Origin: Anaerolineales bacterium
GTDB lineage: Bacteria > Chloroflexota > Anaerolineae > Anaerolineales > UBA11579
Direction: 5' to 3'
Assembly: GCA_020059485.1 (NCBI GenBank)
Contig: JAGVCA010000019.1
Location: 24,894-88,893, forward strand
Length of the DNA: 64,000 nt
Shown here: in pieces, positions 9,554 through 18,617 of the stretch
How positions within the stretch are numbered: the stretch's first letter is position 1
Layout of the letters: each line of letters begins with the position of its first letter
Program-made: the position numbers and the translations under genes
Notes under the pieces: model-generated
What the model was told of the DNA's origin: nothing
Seen by the model: only the letters and a program-made list of their open reading frames with translations
Database searches by the model: none

Positions 9554-12010
9554 CTAAACGACGATATTGACCAGCTTGCCGCCCACCACGATCACTTTGC
9601 GGGGCGTTTTGCCCTCCAGGAACTTCTGGACGGTTTCAGAGGCCAGCGCGGCCGCCTGAGCGGCTTCGTCGCTGATGCCTACCGGGACGGTGATCTTGTC
9701 GCGCAGTTTGCCGTTAACCTGCACAACCAGCTCGATCTCATCCTCACGGGTAGCTTCTTCGTCCACCTGAGGCCAGGGCTGGTGGTGGATGGAGTACGGT
9801 TTGCCCAGCCGGGCCCACAGTTCTTCGGCCATGTGCGGTGCCACCGGGGCCATCATCCGCAGGTAGACATCGACAGCCTCCTCCCAGGCCCGAGAGCCGT
9901 ACGCGCCCTGCTCACGGGCTTTGTACATCTCATTCATCAGTTCCATCAACGCCGCCACGATAGTGTTGAACTCAAAGGTCTCAAAGTCATCGGTGACCGC
10001 CTGCAGGGTCTGGTGCAGCTTCCGCCGCAGCGCGCTCGCCACCTCCGGGTCAAGGCGACCAGCCGCTTTTGCAGGCTCGGTGAAGGCTGTCCACACCCGA
10101 CGCAGCCAGCGGGCTGATCCTTCGATCCCCTGGCTGTCCCACGGGCCGCCCAGGTCCCAGCGGGCGAAGAACATCAGGTACGCCCGGACGGTATCCGCGC
10201 CGTACTTCTTCACCAGCGCATCGGGCGGGACGGTATTGCCGCGGCTCTTGGACATCTTTTCGTAGTCCTCGCCCAGCACCACACCCTGGTTGCGCAACTG
10301 CAGCATCGGCTCGTGCCCTTCCGTAATGCCCATATCCCGCAGGGCTTTGTGGAAGAAGCGGGTGTAGATCAGATGCATGGTGGCATGCTCGATCCCGCCG
10401 GTGTAGGTATCCACCGGCATCCAGTAGTCGTACTCTGCCGGGTCAAAGGGACCTTCGTGGTAATCCGGGCTCAAGTAGCGCAGGTGATACCAGGAAGAGC
10501 ACATGAAGGTGTCCATCGTATCGGTATCACGCTCGGCCGATTTACCGCACACCGGGCAGGTCGTGTGTCTCCAGGTGGGGTGCAGTTTCAGCGGGCTTTC
10601 CCCGGTCGGCCGCCACTCGACATCATCCGGCAGCAGCACCGGCAGTTCGTCTTCCGACACCGGGTTAATGCCACACTCCGGGCAGTGGACCATCGGGATT
10701 GGCGCGCCCCAGTAGCGCTGGCGGGAGATCAGCCAGTCGCGCAAGCGGTAGTTAACCGCACCTCGGCCGACGCCTTTCTTTTCGATATAAGCGATCGCCT
10801 TCTGCAGCGATTGATCCGCCGGGGTGCTGGTCAGCTCTCCGGAGTTCACCATCGTGCCATAGGCCGGCACAGACTCGGGCATCGTCTCGCCGTTCAAAGG
10901 TTCCATCTCGTCCGGCTGGATCACCACCCGCACCTCCAGCCCGAACTTGCGGGCAAACTCGAAGTCTCGCTGGTCGTGCGCCGGGACAGCCATGATCGCA
11001 CCCGTGCCGTAAGACATCAGCACGTAGTCGGCGATCCACACCGGGATGCGCTCGCCATTGACCGGGTTGATGGCATATCCGCCGGTAAACACACCGGTCT
11101 TCTCTCGGTCAGCGGCTTCGCGGTCGATGTCGCTCTGGCGAGAGGCCTGCTCCTGATAGTCATGTACTTCGGCATGCCTTTCCGGAATGGTCAGTTTTTC
11201 CACCAGCGGATGTTCCGGAGCCAGCACCATAAAGGTAGCGCCCCACAGCGTATCCGGCCGGGTGGTGAAGACCTCCAGCGGGTCGCCGTCCTCGGTCTTG
11301 AAGATCACACTGGCACCCTCGGAGCGATGGATCCAGTTGGTCTGCAGGGTCTGGACGCGTTCGGGCCAGTCGATGCCGTCGAAATTGAGCAGTTCTTCGG
11401 CATATTTGGTGGTGGTGAAGAACCACTGCTCCAGCTGTTTCTTGATCACCGGGGTCTTGCAGCGCTCACACACCCGGTCGTCCCCGATCACCTGCTCGCG
11501 GGCCAGGGTGGTATTGCAGTTCGGGCACCAGTCGACAGCCGAATCCTTGCGGTAGGCCATCCCGTTCTTGAACAGCTTGATGAACAACCATTGGGTCCAG
11601 CGGTAGTACTCCGGATCGGAGGAGACGGCTTCCCGTCGCCAGTCGAACATGGCGCCCATGCTGCGCAGTTGGGTGCGCATCCGGTCGATATTGGCGTAGG
11701 TCCACTTTTTGGGATGGATGTTGCGCTGGATGGCAGCATTCTCCGCCGGCAGACCAAAAGAGTCGAAGCCGATCGGGAACATCACGTTGAAGCCCTTCAT
11801 GCGCATGTAACGCGCCCGGGCATCTGAGGGGGTCATGGCGAACCAGTGCCCCATATGCAGATCGCCGGACGGATACGGCAGCATCGTCAGGGCGTAGTGC
11901 TTCTTTTGCTTATGGTCGATATCCGCATGGTAGATGCCATCCTGCTCCCACTTTTTCTGCCAGCGGGGTTCGATCTCATTCGGGTTATATCGGTTATCTT
12001 GTTGGCTCAT
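9554..12010 (-). CDS. leuS: Leucyl-tRNA synthetase
   Basis: 818 aa. N-terminus YNPNEIEPRWQKKW, class I HMGH and KMSKS motifs. SD GAGGAAA lies upstream. Confidence 0.97.
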   Translation of the reverse strand: MSQQDNRYNPNEIEPRWQKKWEQDGIYHADIDHKQKKHYALTMLPYPSGDLHMGHWFAMTPSDARARYMRMKGFNVMFPIGFDSFGLPAENAAIQRNIHPKKWTYANIDRMRTQLRSMGAMFDWRREAVSSDPEYYRWTQWLFIKLFKNGMAYRKDSAVDWCPNCNTTLAREQVIGDDRVCERCKTPVIKKQLEQWFFTTTKYAEELLNFDGIDWPERVQTLQTNWIHRSEGASVIFKTEDGDPLEVFTTRPDTLWGATFMVLAPEHPLVEKLTIPERHAEVHDYQEQASRQSDIDREAADREKTGVFTGGYAINPVNGERIPVWIADYVLMSYGTGAIMAVPAHDQRDFEFARKFGLEVRVVIQPDEMEPLNGETMPESVPAYGTMVNSGELTSTPADQSLQKAIAYIEKKGVGRGAVNYRLRDWLISRQRYWGAPIPMVHCPECGINPVSEDELPVLLPDDVEWRPTGESPLKLHPTWRHTTCPVCGKSAERDTDTMDTFMCSSWYHLRYLSPDYHEGPFDPAEYDYWMPVDTYTGGIEHATMHLIYTRFFHKALRDMGITEGHEPMLQLRNQGVVLGEDYEKMSKSRGNTVPPDALVKKYGADTVRAYLMFFARWDLGGPWDSQGIEGSARWLRRVWTAFTEPAKAAGRLDPEVASALRRKLHQTLQAVTDDFETFEFNTIVAALMELMNEMYKAREQGAYGSRAWEEAVDVYLRMMAPVAPHMAEELWARLGKPYSIHHQPWPQVDEEATREDEIELVVQVNGKLRDKITVPVGISDEAAQAAALASETVQKFLEGKTPRKVIVVGGKLVNIVV

Positions 12011-12102
12011 CTCTCGTTTCCTCTTATTTTCACATTACGGCTGAACCTGGTGGAGGCGTTCCAGCCAGGCCGCCCGAAATTGATTTCATGAAATTGGGTC
12101 TC

Positions 12103-12189
12103 TTACGGAAATCCTGGAAGCAAAAGAGGGAGGCGCGCGAGAAGGCAGCGCACACTCCTGACGCGGGATTGGATCTTTTCATTTTTCAT
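12103..12189 (-). CDS. Candidate 28-aa Leu-rich small ORF between the T-box terminator and leuS
   Basis: GGAAGGAGG lies 7 nt upstream of the ATG. The peptide MKNEKIQSRVRSVRCLLARLPLLLPGFP has 6 Leu in 28 residues, two of them CUC codons. No homology support. Confidence 0.3.
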   Translation of the reverse strand: MKNEKIQSRVRSVRCLLARLPLLLPGFP

Positions 12190-12324
12190 CGCGAACCTCC
12201 TTCCAACATAGTTATGTAGTTCTGAGTTTGATAGTTGGCGAGGTTTCCCATTAGCTGGCACAGCAGCGTATCCATAATTATTGCCAAACCGGTAACCATC
12301 TAACCAGCAAACTATCCAACTATT

Positions 12325-12595
12325 AAACAAAAAATCCTTCCATCCATGGGACGAAAGGGATTCCGCGGTACCACCCAGTTTGCCAGAACAGCTTGTTCCG
12401 GCCACTCTTAACGCCTTATCGGGCGTACCCGCCTCAGGTTGTGCGCCCCCCAGCATTGGCCTGAGAAATCTGCCCCATCCGGGACAGGCAGGCGAGTTCA
12501 GCCTGTTTGACCTTGCGATCATCGTGCTCTGCGGGCACTCTGTCGGGCTTCCACCGGGTGATCCCGACTCGCTGGCAGATGGCTTACTACTCCTG
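12325..12595 (-). promoter_or_regulatory. T-box riboswitch leader, Leu specifier CUC
   Basis: The minus-strand RNA has a Stem I-like AGCGAG...GGUGGAA. The specifier context GAA-CUC-G places CUC at the complement of 12494-12496. The T-box core AAACUGGGUGGUACCGCGG lies at 12363-12380. An overlapping terminator hairpin is followed by UUUUUUGUUU ending near 12325. Confidence 0.85.
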
Positions 12596-12618
12596 CTAAT
12601 TCTTTATTCAGTTGTCAG

Positions 12619-12691
12619 TGGACCTGAAGGGATTCGAACCCTTGACCTTCTCAATGCCATTGAGACGCGCTCCCAACTGCGCCACAGGCCC
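12619..12691 (-). tRNA. tRNA-Ala (anticodon GGC)
   Basis: The 73-nt cloverleaf GGGCCTGTGGCGCAGTTGGGAGCGCGTCTCAATGGCATTGAGAAGGTCAAGGGTTCGAATCCCTTCAGGTCCA was folded by hand. It has the G3:U70 Ala identity pair and a TTCGAAT T-loop. CCA is not encoded. Confidence 0.95.
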
Positions 12692-12725
12692 AATTGCCAT
12701 TCTTCGTTTGTGCTCCAGCCACCAG

Positions 12726-12798
12726 TGGACCTGGCGGGATTCGAACCCGCGACCTCATCAGTGCGATTGATGCGCGCTCCCAACTGCGCTACAGGCCC
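12726..12798 (-). tRNA. tRNA-Ala (anticodon CGC)
   Basis: 73 nt: GGGCCTGTAGCGCAGTTGGGAGCGCGCATCAATCGCACTGATGAGGTCGCGGGTTCGAATCCCGCCAGGTCCA. G3:U70 is present. CCA is not encoded. Confidence 0.95.
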
Positions 12799-12816
12799 GG
12801 GTCTTGGCAGATGAAG

Positions 12817-12845
12817 ATTCTACCTGAGGCCAACTTGAATGTCAA
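12817..12845 (-). promoter_or_regulatory. Sigma70-type promoter for the tRNA-Ala genes (and possibly the T-box and leuS)
   Basis: On the minus strand: TTGACA (12840-12845), a 17-nt spacer, then TAGAAT (12817-12822). The -10 lies about 18 nt upstream of the first tRNA. Confidence 0.7.
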
Positions 12846-12857
12846 GTCAAGGTCTGA

Positions 12858-13349
12858 TTAGTTTCCAAGACTCGGATCGATCCGCCAAACCAGCAGCACC
12901 CCGGTTGGGCTGACAGACGCCGATTCCAATTGGGCCCGCTGGTCCTGCTGGACGGAATCGGCCAGTCGTTGCGCCAGCACCTGGTTGATGGATTCAAAGA
13001 AGCTGTCATCAAGCTCGTTGCCGCTGACCACCACATTCGTGATCCTGGCCGACAGTTTCCCGTTCTCTGCGCCCAGTTCCACATGGAAGGACACATCTCT
13101 GGCTGTGATCCCCTGGTATTCGACCGAATCGGCCTGCATGAAGATATGCCCGTCCCGCAGTTCCATTTGCAGATTGACGAAGCTGGACATCTCGTCCATA
13201 TTGTCAATCACTGCCCGGATCATCTCCAGCGTCAGGTTGGTCTCGACCCGGAAAGTGCCGTCTTCATTGCGCGAAAAATCAAACATCCCGCAAGCCAGCA
13301 GGATCGCAGCCATCATCCCGATCAGGAAAATTCTCTTTGCTTTGTTCAT
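12858..13349 (-). CDS. Hypothetical lipoprotein
   Basis: 163 aa with signal peptide and lipobox (MMAAILLAC). SD GGAGG lies 8 nt upstream. Confidence 0.7.
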   Translation of the reverse strand: MNKAKRIFLIGMMAAILLACGMFDFSRNEDGTFRVETNLTLEMIRAVIDNMDEMSSFVNLQMELRDGHIFMQADSVEYQGITARDVSFHVELGAENGKLSARITNVVVSGNELDDSFFESINQVLAQRLADSVQQDQRAQLESASVSPTGVLLVWRIDPSLGN

Positions 13350-13469
13350 CTCTTTACCTCCAGCAATGAATAATCAGACCAATTCTACCTGAAATCGTGG
13401 CAGAATATTCATCTTCGTGTGTATAATCATCCCGTTCAACTCCGCGACGTTCAGGGAAAGGTATCGCCG

Positions 13470-14279
13470 ATGGACCAGAGTTCAACCACACTCCCGAAAC
13501 AGTTCAAAAACCTGATGGGCATGGGCTCGGCTGTCCAGGTCTTCCCGCCCAAAGTGCTGCCGGCTGTCAATATCATCTTTGCCGTCCTGTTCCTGCTTGG
13601 CGGCGGCGGCGCAATCGCCTATGCCCTGCTGATCCTCCTGCAGCGCTGGGGCCGCTACTACCCACCAGTGATCCTGCAAGCCATGGCGCCCTGGCTGATC
13701 GGCGGACTGCTCGGGATTGTACTGGCCGCCCTGCTGATGTGGAACCTGTATACCGCCCGCAAAAAGGGCATTGCTGTCTTCACCCACGGCTTCGCCTACT
13801 CCGACCGCAAAGGCGTACAAACCTGGCGTTGGGACCAACTTCAGGATGAGACCGCAAATGTCACCCGCCATTACACCAATGGGATCTATACCGGCACGAC
13901 CCATGTGTACACTCTGGTAAAATTAAATGGCGAAAAACTGGTGGTCAACGATTCAATCAAGGAGGTGGAATCCTTCTACACCTTGCTGCAGAACAACACC
14001 CTGCAGCACCGTTATCAGCGCCTGGCCGATGCCTACAACCGGGGTGAGCCGGCCATCTTTGGTCCAGTCACCATCAGTAAAACCGGCGGCCTCCAGATCG
14101 GTAAAAAGACCTACCCATGGGACGAGATCGAACAGGTTGGGATCAACAAAGGGGTCCTGTCCGTCAAGAAGAAAGGCGGAGGCTGGTTTAGCGGTGCATC
14201 GGCCACAGCCGGTTCGATCCCCAACCTGCATGTGCTACTCTCGATCATTAACCAGATCGTTGGACTGAACGCCGGATAA
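13470..14279 (+). CDS. Hypothetical membrane protein (2 TM plus a soluble C-terminal domain)
   Basis: The ORF is open from 13419. The internal ATG at 13470 is preceded by GGGAAAGG. There are two long hydrophobic helices. No recognisable catalytic motif. Confidence 0.6.
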   Translation: MDQSSTTLPKQFKNLMGMGSAVQVFPPKVLPAVNIIFAVLFLLGGGGAIAYALLILLQRWGRYYPPVILQAMAPWLIGGLLGIVLAALLMWNLYTARKKGIAVFTHGFAYSDRKGVQTWRWDQLQDETANVTRHYTNGIYTGTTHVYTLVKLNGEKLVVNDSIKEVESFYTLLQNNTLQHRYQRLADAYNRGEPAIFGPVTISKTGGLQIGKKTYPWDEIEQVGINKGVLSVKKKGGGWFSGASATAGSIPNLHVLLSIINQIVGLNAG

Positions 14280-14318
14280 CCCATTAACGATTGCATCCAG
14301 GCTGCTCAGGAGAAAAAA

Positions 14319-15359
14319 ATGAATATCAGATGGAAAATGGCATGCTTTGGTATGGTCTTACTATCGGCCTTGCTGGCATGCAGCCTGCCCACCGGCGTCA
14401 CGCCGGCCACAGCAACCCCCACCCTGCCCGACGACCCGACCCCATCCAGCCCGACAGCCACCAATACCCAAACCTCCACCGAGCCGGCTGACCCGACCGC
14501 CACAACCGAGCCAACCGCATCCGACTGCACGGCGGACTCGGAATTCGTTGCCGATGTCACCATCCCGGATGGCACCCTGGTTGCGCCAGGGACGACGGTC
14601 ACCAAGACCTGGCGCATCGAGAACGACGGCACCTGCACCTGGACGAGCGGATACGTGTGGGAACAGCTTAATTTTGGCGAGGGTGAACTGAATGCTGCTG
14701 CCCGGACCACCGCCCTGACCAGGGATGTGGCTCCCGGTGAAACCTACGAGATCTCTGTTGCCTTGACCATGGATCCCGGCGCAGAGGTCGGAAGCCGGCA
14801 GATTGCCCGCTTCCAGCTGCGCAACCCCGGCGGAACACTCTTCGGGACCCATCCCTTTGCGCTTGTTTTCGCCGCTCCCGGAGGCGGTACATGCCCGGTT
14901 GGCAATGCCGACCAACTCACCTTCATCAACGTAGCCGAGCAATTCTGTTTTCTTTATCCGGATGATTACAATGCCTACATCGGCGTGACCGGAACTACCG
15001 TGGTGGCCGCCCCACCCTCCCCTGGTGTGACTGAGGAGATTCTGCCCTCAGTCAGCATCTCCAACGAGGGCAGCACCGGCGGACAGAACCTGAACAACTG
15101 GTCGAATGCGATGGTGAATGCCTGGAAAGTGCCCGGTACAACCCCAACCGTCACCGAGGTCCAGGTGAATGGGATCAATGCCCGCTATACCGATGAATTA
15201 CCGGGGCAGGTCGGCAACCGGATCGTCTTCCTCGTGCACGATGGCGATGGCTATGTCTTCACCGTATTGCCGGTGGACGATGCCTTCCCGGCTAAAAAGA
15301 CCGCCGCGCTCGCCCTGTGGGAGCTGGTCCGGACGTCGTTTACCTTCTTCGGCCCGTAA
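14319..15359 (+). CDS. Secreted lipoprotein with an NBR1-like (FW/Ig-like) domain
   Basis: 346 aa. Lipobox LLAC and a Pro/Thr-rich linker. DVTIPDGTLVAPGTTVTKTWRIENDGTCTW matches the NBR1-like domain pattern. SD AGGAG. Confidence 0.7.
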   Translation: MNIRWKMACFGMVLLSALLACSLPTGVTPATATPTLPDDPTPSSPTATNTQTSTEPADPTATTEPTASDCTADSEFVADVTIPDGTLVAPGTTVTKTWRIENDGTCTWTSGYVWEQLNFGEGELNAAARTTALTRDVAPGETYEISVALTMDPGAEVGSRQIARFQLRNPGGTLFGTHPFALVFAAPGGGTCPVGNADQLTFINVAEQFCFLYPDDYNAYIGVTGTTVVAAPPSPGVTEEILPSVSISNEGSTGGQNLNNWSNAMVNAWKVPGTTPTVTEVQVNGINARYTDELPGQVGNRIVFLVHDGDGYVFTVLPVDDAFPAKKTAALALWELVRTSFTFFGP

Positions 15360-15362
15360 GAG

Positions 15363-16430
15363 TTACCTACCCTGAGACCGCACCAGTTCCACGCCCAGGG
15401 ACACCAACTCGTCGACCTGCGCCCGGTCAAGGGAATTCAATACGGAGACATACACCCCCAGCGGTGAGAACAGCACCGTCAACTGGTGGAACTGGCGCGA
15501 GCGGCGTTCCAGGGCATAACGGTCTGCCCAGCCAACCAGCGGCATCACCGTCCACGGATTCAGCAGCCGACGAGCCTGGACTGGATCGCTGGTGTGCACA
15601 AAAAACGCCTCCACCAGCCGGCGGTCAATATCCTCAATTGTTTTGGCCTGATCCAGCCCTGGCGTGTAGTAAGCATTGAAACCGTACATCTTGAGCGATT
15701 GTTTGAACAGTAGGTTGCCGGCCAGGTTCATCAGGCCGCTTTGCTTGCCCTGCCCTTCCATCCGCTGGGCGAGAAATACGAAAAAGTCTGGCGTATCAAA
15801 ATCGGTTGAACTCCAACGGTAAACCTGCGATCCTTCACCAACACCGCCAAAGTGGTGCATGGTCAAAGTCCAGCGGATGCCATCGGTCTCGTGTTCGCCG
15901 GGAGTGATCCCAGTTTGGGCTTCCAAATCCTCCACAGCCGCCTGCTGGAATACCTGTCCGAGCGCCTGAGCGGCAGACATCGGTATTCCCACTTCGGCTT
16001 CGATCCCGACCGCCTGACGGATAGCCTCCGCCTGTTTTTCCTTCCCCCGCCTCCCGCTGGAATAAGCGGTCCGCAGCGCCACGTCCTTGCCATCCTGCAG
16101 GCGCAGCGCCACCCGAAAGGTTGGCCCGCTGTCACTACCGGAACTTTCCTGTACCTCCACCCGAGAGATCTGGCTGGCAGGGATCTCCTGCCGCCTCAAA
16201 CCAGTCAAGCCGAGTTTCTCGATCACCACGGTGCGGCTGGAACGGTCATAACGGACCGTCACGAGTGGCACAAAAACAACGACCAGCGCTCCAATCAGGA
16301 TGAAAATGCCTGCCATCAGCCAGGGCGCAGCGTGAAAGAAAATCAAAAAGACGCCGGTCCCGAAAAATCCTGCACCAAAGATCCATAGGATATATGGAAT
16401 ATCCTGAACGATGACCTCTTTGTCATCCAT
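15363..16430 (-). CDS. Hypothetical membrane protein
   Basis: The ORF is open to 16586, but the ATG at 16430 has GGAGG 5 nt upstream and the hydrophobic N-terminus starts right after it. No family recognised. Confidence 0.6.
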   Translation of the reverse strand: MDDKEVIVQDIPYILWIFGAGFFGTGVFLIFFHAAPWLMAGIFILIGALVVVFVPLVTVRYDRSSRTVVIEKLGLTGLRRQEIPASQISRVEVQESSGSDSGPTFRVALRLQDGKDVALRTAYSSGRRGKEKQAEAIRQAVGIEAEVGIPMSAAQALGQVFQQAAVEDLEAQTGITPGEHETDGIRWTLTMHHFGGVGEGSQVYRWSSTDFDTPDFFVFLAQRMEGQGKQSGLMNLAGNLLFKQSLKMYGFNAYYTPGLDQAKTIEDIDRRLVEAFFVHTSDPVQARRLLNPWTVMPLVGWADRYALERRSRQFHQLTVLFSPLGVYVSVLNSLDRAQVDELVSLGVELVRSQGR

Positions 16431-16450
16431 GCCTGCCTCCATATTGTCTG

Positions 16451-16579
16451 TTAAACTTGCGGCTGCATCTCTTTGAAGACTTCCGACAGCCAGGATGTGA
16501 CAGCCGGCCCGGCCACCATCGGGACCACCAGGCCCCAGCACAGCCCGACCGACCACTTTTTGGCAGTATTGGTATCCAT
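16451..16579 (-). CDS. Candidate 42-aa single-TM small protein
   Basis: GGAGGTGGAGG lies directly upstream of the ATG (16579). Peptide MDTNTAKKWSVGLCWGLVVPMVAGPAVTSWLSEVFKEMQPQV. The stop is 20 nt before the next gene on the same strand. Confidence 0.4.
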   Translation of the reverse strand: MDTNTAKKWSVGLCWGLVVPMVAGPAVTSWLSEVFKEMQPQV

Positions 16580-16715
16580 CCTCCACCTCCCCAATTCTCG
16601 CTTGCTTCCAGTATACACAAAAACCAACCGTCGCCGCGAATTTCGGTATAACCAGTGCCGCACACGGTTATAATTAAAGTCACCAATCTTTGAAAACGAC
16701 AGCCAGGAGGCCCAA

Positions 16716-17837
16716 TTGCACACCACTTCCGAATTCCTGATCGAGCGCCAGAAAAAACTATCCGCCGTGATGCAAACATCTGGGCTGGATGCCATCGCCC
16801 TCAACCCGGGCCCGAGCCTGACATATCTGACCGGTCTGCACTTCCACCTCAGCGAGAGGCCGGTGGTCGGTCTGTTCTCTCCCAGCCTGCCGCCGCGGCT
16901 GGTGCTGCCGGAGCTGGAAGCCGCCAAACTCGCCGGCCTGGCATACGACCTGGATGCTTTCACCTATGGCGAAGACCCGCAATCCTGGCCCCAGCGTTTC
17001 GCCGCGGCCCTTGCCGGGACCGGCTGTGACCGCATCGGGATGGAGGATGGCAGCATGCGATTGCTCGAATACCGCTTGCTGCAGCAAGCCCTGCCTTCGG
17101 CCAGCCTGATCGACGCCTCTGCAACCATCGCCTCGCTGCGGATGTTCAAGGATGAAATCGAGATCGCCGCGATGCAAAAGGCCGCCGAGGTCGCCGAGAC
17201 CGCCCTGCAGGCGCTCCTGCCGCAGGTCCGGATCGGGATGAGCGAACTGGAAATTTCCGGACGGCTGCTGATCGAGATCCTGCGCGCTGGCAGCCTGGGC
17301 GAACTCCCCTTCCAGCCGATCGTCTCCACTGGGCCAAACGGAGCCAACCCGCACGCCACCCCCTCCAGCCGTCCGCTACAAAATGGCGATCTGCTGGTGA
17401 TCGACTTTGGCGCCAGCCACCAGGGCTATTTTTCAGACATTACCCGCACCTTCGCGGTCGGCAGTTTCTCCAAAGATCAAAAAGCGGTCTATGACACCGT
17501 CCTGGCGGCCAACCAGGCCGCCCATACCCTTGCCAGGCAGGGGATTTCGTGCAGTTCGGTCGATCAGGCGGCCAGGGATGTGATCGAGCAGGCCGGGTTT
17601 GGGGAATACTTCATCCACCGCACCGGTCACGGGCTTGGTATGCAGGGCCACGAACCGCCCTACATCCGGGCGGGCAACCCGATGCTGCTCGAGACCGGGA
17701 TGACCTTTACCATCGAGCCGGGCATCTATCTGCCGGAGCAGTTCGGGGTCCGGATCGAAGACGATGTGGTCGTCACCCCGGATGGACTGCACAGCCTGAC
17801 CACCTTTCCGCGCGAACTGCAGGTGATCGGGAGGTAA
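16716..17837 (+). CDS. M24-family Xaa-Pro aminopeptidase/dipeptidase
   Basis: 373 aa. TTG start with AGGAGG 5 nt upstream. Metal-ligand motifs DFGASHQGYFSDITRT, HRTGHGLGMQGHEPP, EPGIY and RIED. Confidence 0.88.
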   Translation: MHTTSEFLIERQKKLSAVMQTSGLDAIALNPGPSLTYLTGLHFHLSERPVVGLFSPSLPPRLVLPELEAAKLAGLAYDLDAFTYGEDPQSWPQRFAAALAGTGCDRIGMEDGSMRLLEYRLLQQALPSASLIDASATIASLRMFKDEIEIAAMQKAAEVAETALQALLPQVRIGMSELEISGRLLIEILRAGSLGELPFQPIVSTGPNGANPHATPSSRPLQNGDLLVIDFGASHQGYFSDITRTFAVGSFSKDQKAVYDTVLAANQAAHTLARQGISCSSVDQAARDVIEQAGFGEYFIHRTGHGLGMQGHEPPYIRAGNPMLLETGMTFTIEPGIYLPEQFGVRIEDDVVVTPDGLHSLTTFPRELQVIGR

Positions 17838-17840
17838 GAC

Positions 17841-18605
17841 ATGAATAAACGATTGATCCTGGATCGGGCAGAACCGTTTTTCTTTCCCGGCGGACCGGTT
17901 GGCTGCCTGCTGGTGCACGGCTTTACCGGCACACCCTTCGAGATGCGCAGCCTGGGCCAGTTCCTGCACGCGGAAGGTTACACCGTGCTCGGCGTGCGGC
18001 TCTCCGGGCATGCCACCAGCCTGGAGGATATGATCCGGATGCGTTATTGGGACTGGCTGGCCTCAGTCGAGGACGGTTATCACATGCTCTCCGGCCACTG
18101 CGAGAAAATCTTTGTGATGGGCTTGTCGATGGGCGGGGTGCTCTCGCTGACCCAGGCAGCCCGGCTGCCGTTTCAGGGCGTGGTGGCGATGTCCACACCT
18201 TACCAATTCCCGGTGGAATGGGCCCGCCGGACACCCTGGCTGGTGCGCCTGGTCAGCCCGATCTTCCGCACCCAGGCCAAGCGCCGCGGCAAGTGGTTCA
18301 ACCCCGAACTGGATGGCGACCACATCAGTTACGAACGCAACCCCACCCGACCCGGCTACGAACTCATCCAGCTGCTGAAAGAGATGCGCGCCGCCCTCCC
18401 CGAGATCACGATCCCGGCCCTGGTGATCCACTCGCGGGATGACGACTATGTACTGGAGCACAACGCCCAGCCGCTCTTTGACCATATCGGCAGCCCGGAC
18501 AAGCAGCTGGTGTGGGTCGACCGCGCCAGCCATGTCATCACCCGGGACGGCGATACCAGCCGGATCTTTCAGCCGATCCTGGCATTTCTCAGATCGCACA
18601 GTTAA
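17841..18605 (+). CDS. Alpha/beta-hydrolase carboxylesterase / monoacylglycerol-lipase-like
   Basis: 254 aa. LLVHGFTGT, nucleophile elbow GLSMGG. SD GGGAGG. Confidence 0.8.
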   Translation: MNKRLILDRAEPFFFPGGPVGCLLVHGFTGTPFEMRSLGQFLHAEGYTVLGVRLSGHATSLEDMIRMRYWDWLASVEDGYHMLSGHCEKIFVMGLSMGGVLSLTQAARLPFQGVVAMSTPYQFPVEWARRTPWLVRLVSPIFRTQAKRRGKWFNPELDGDHISYERNPTRPGYELIQLLKEMRAALPEITIPALVIHSRDDDYVLEHNAQPLFDHIGSPDKQLVWVDRASHVITRDGDTSRIFQPILAFLRSHS

Positions 18606-18617
18606 AGGAGACCAGCC

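Noticed and set aside
12103-12522. 139-aa minus-strand ORF from the track.
   Set aside because: It spans the T-box core and its terminator and has no SD at its start. Only its last 28 codons, with their own strong SD, were kept as a candidate sORF.
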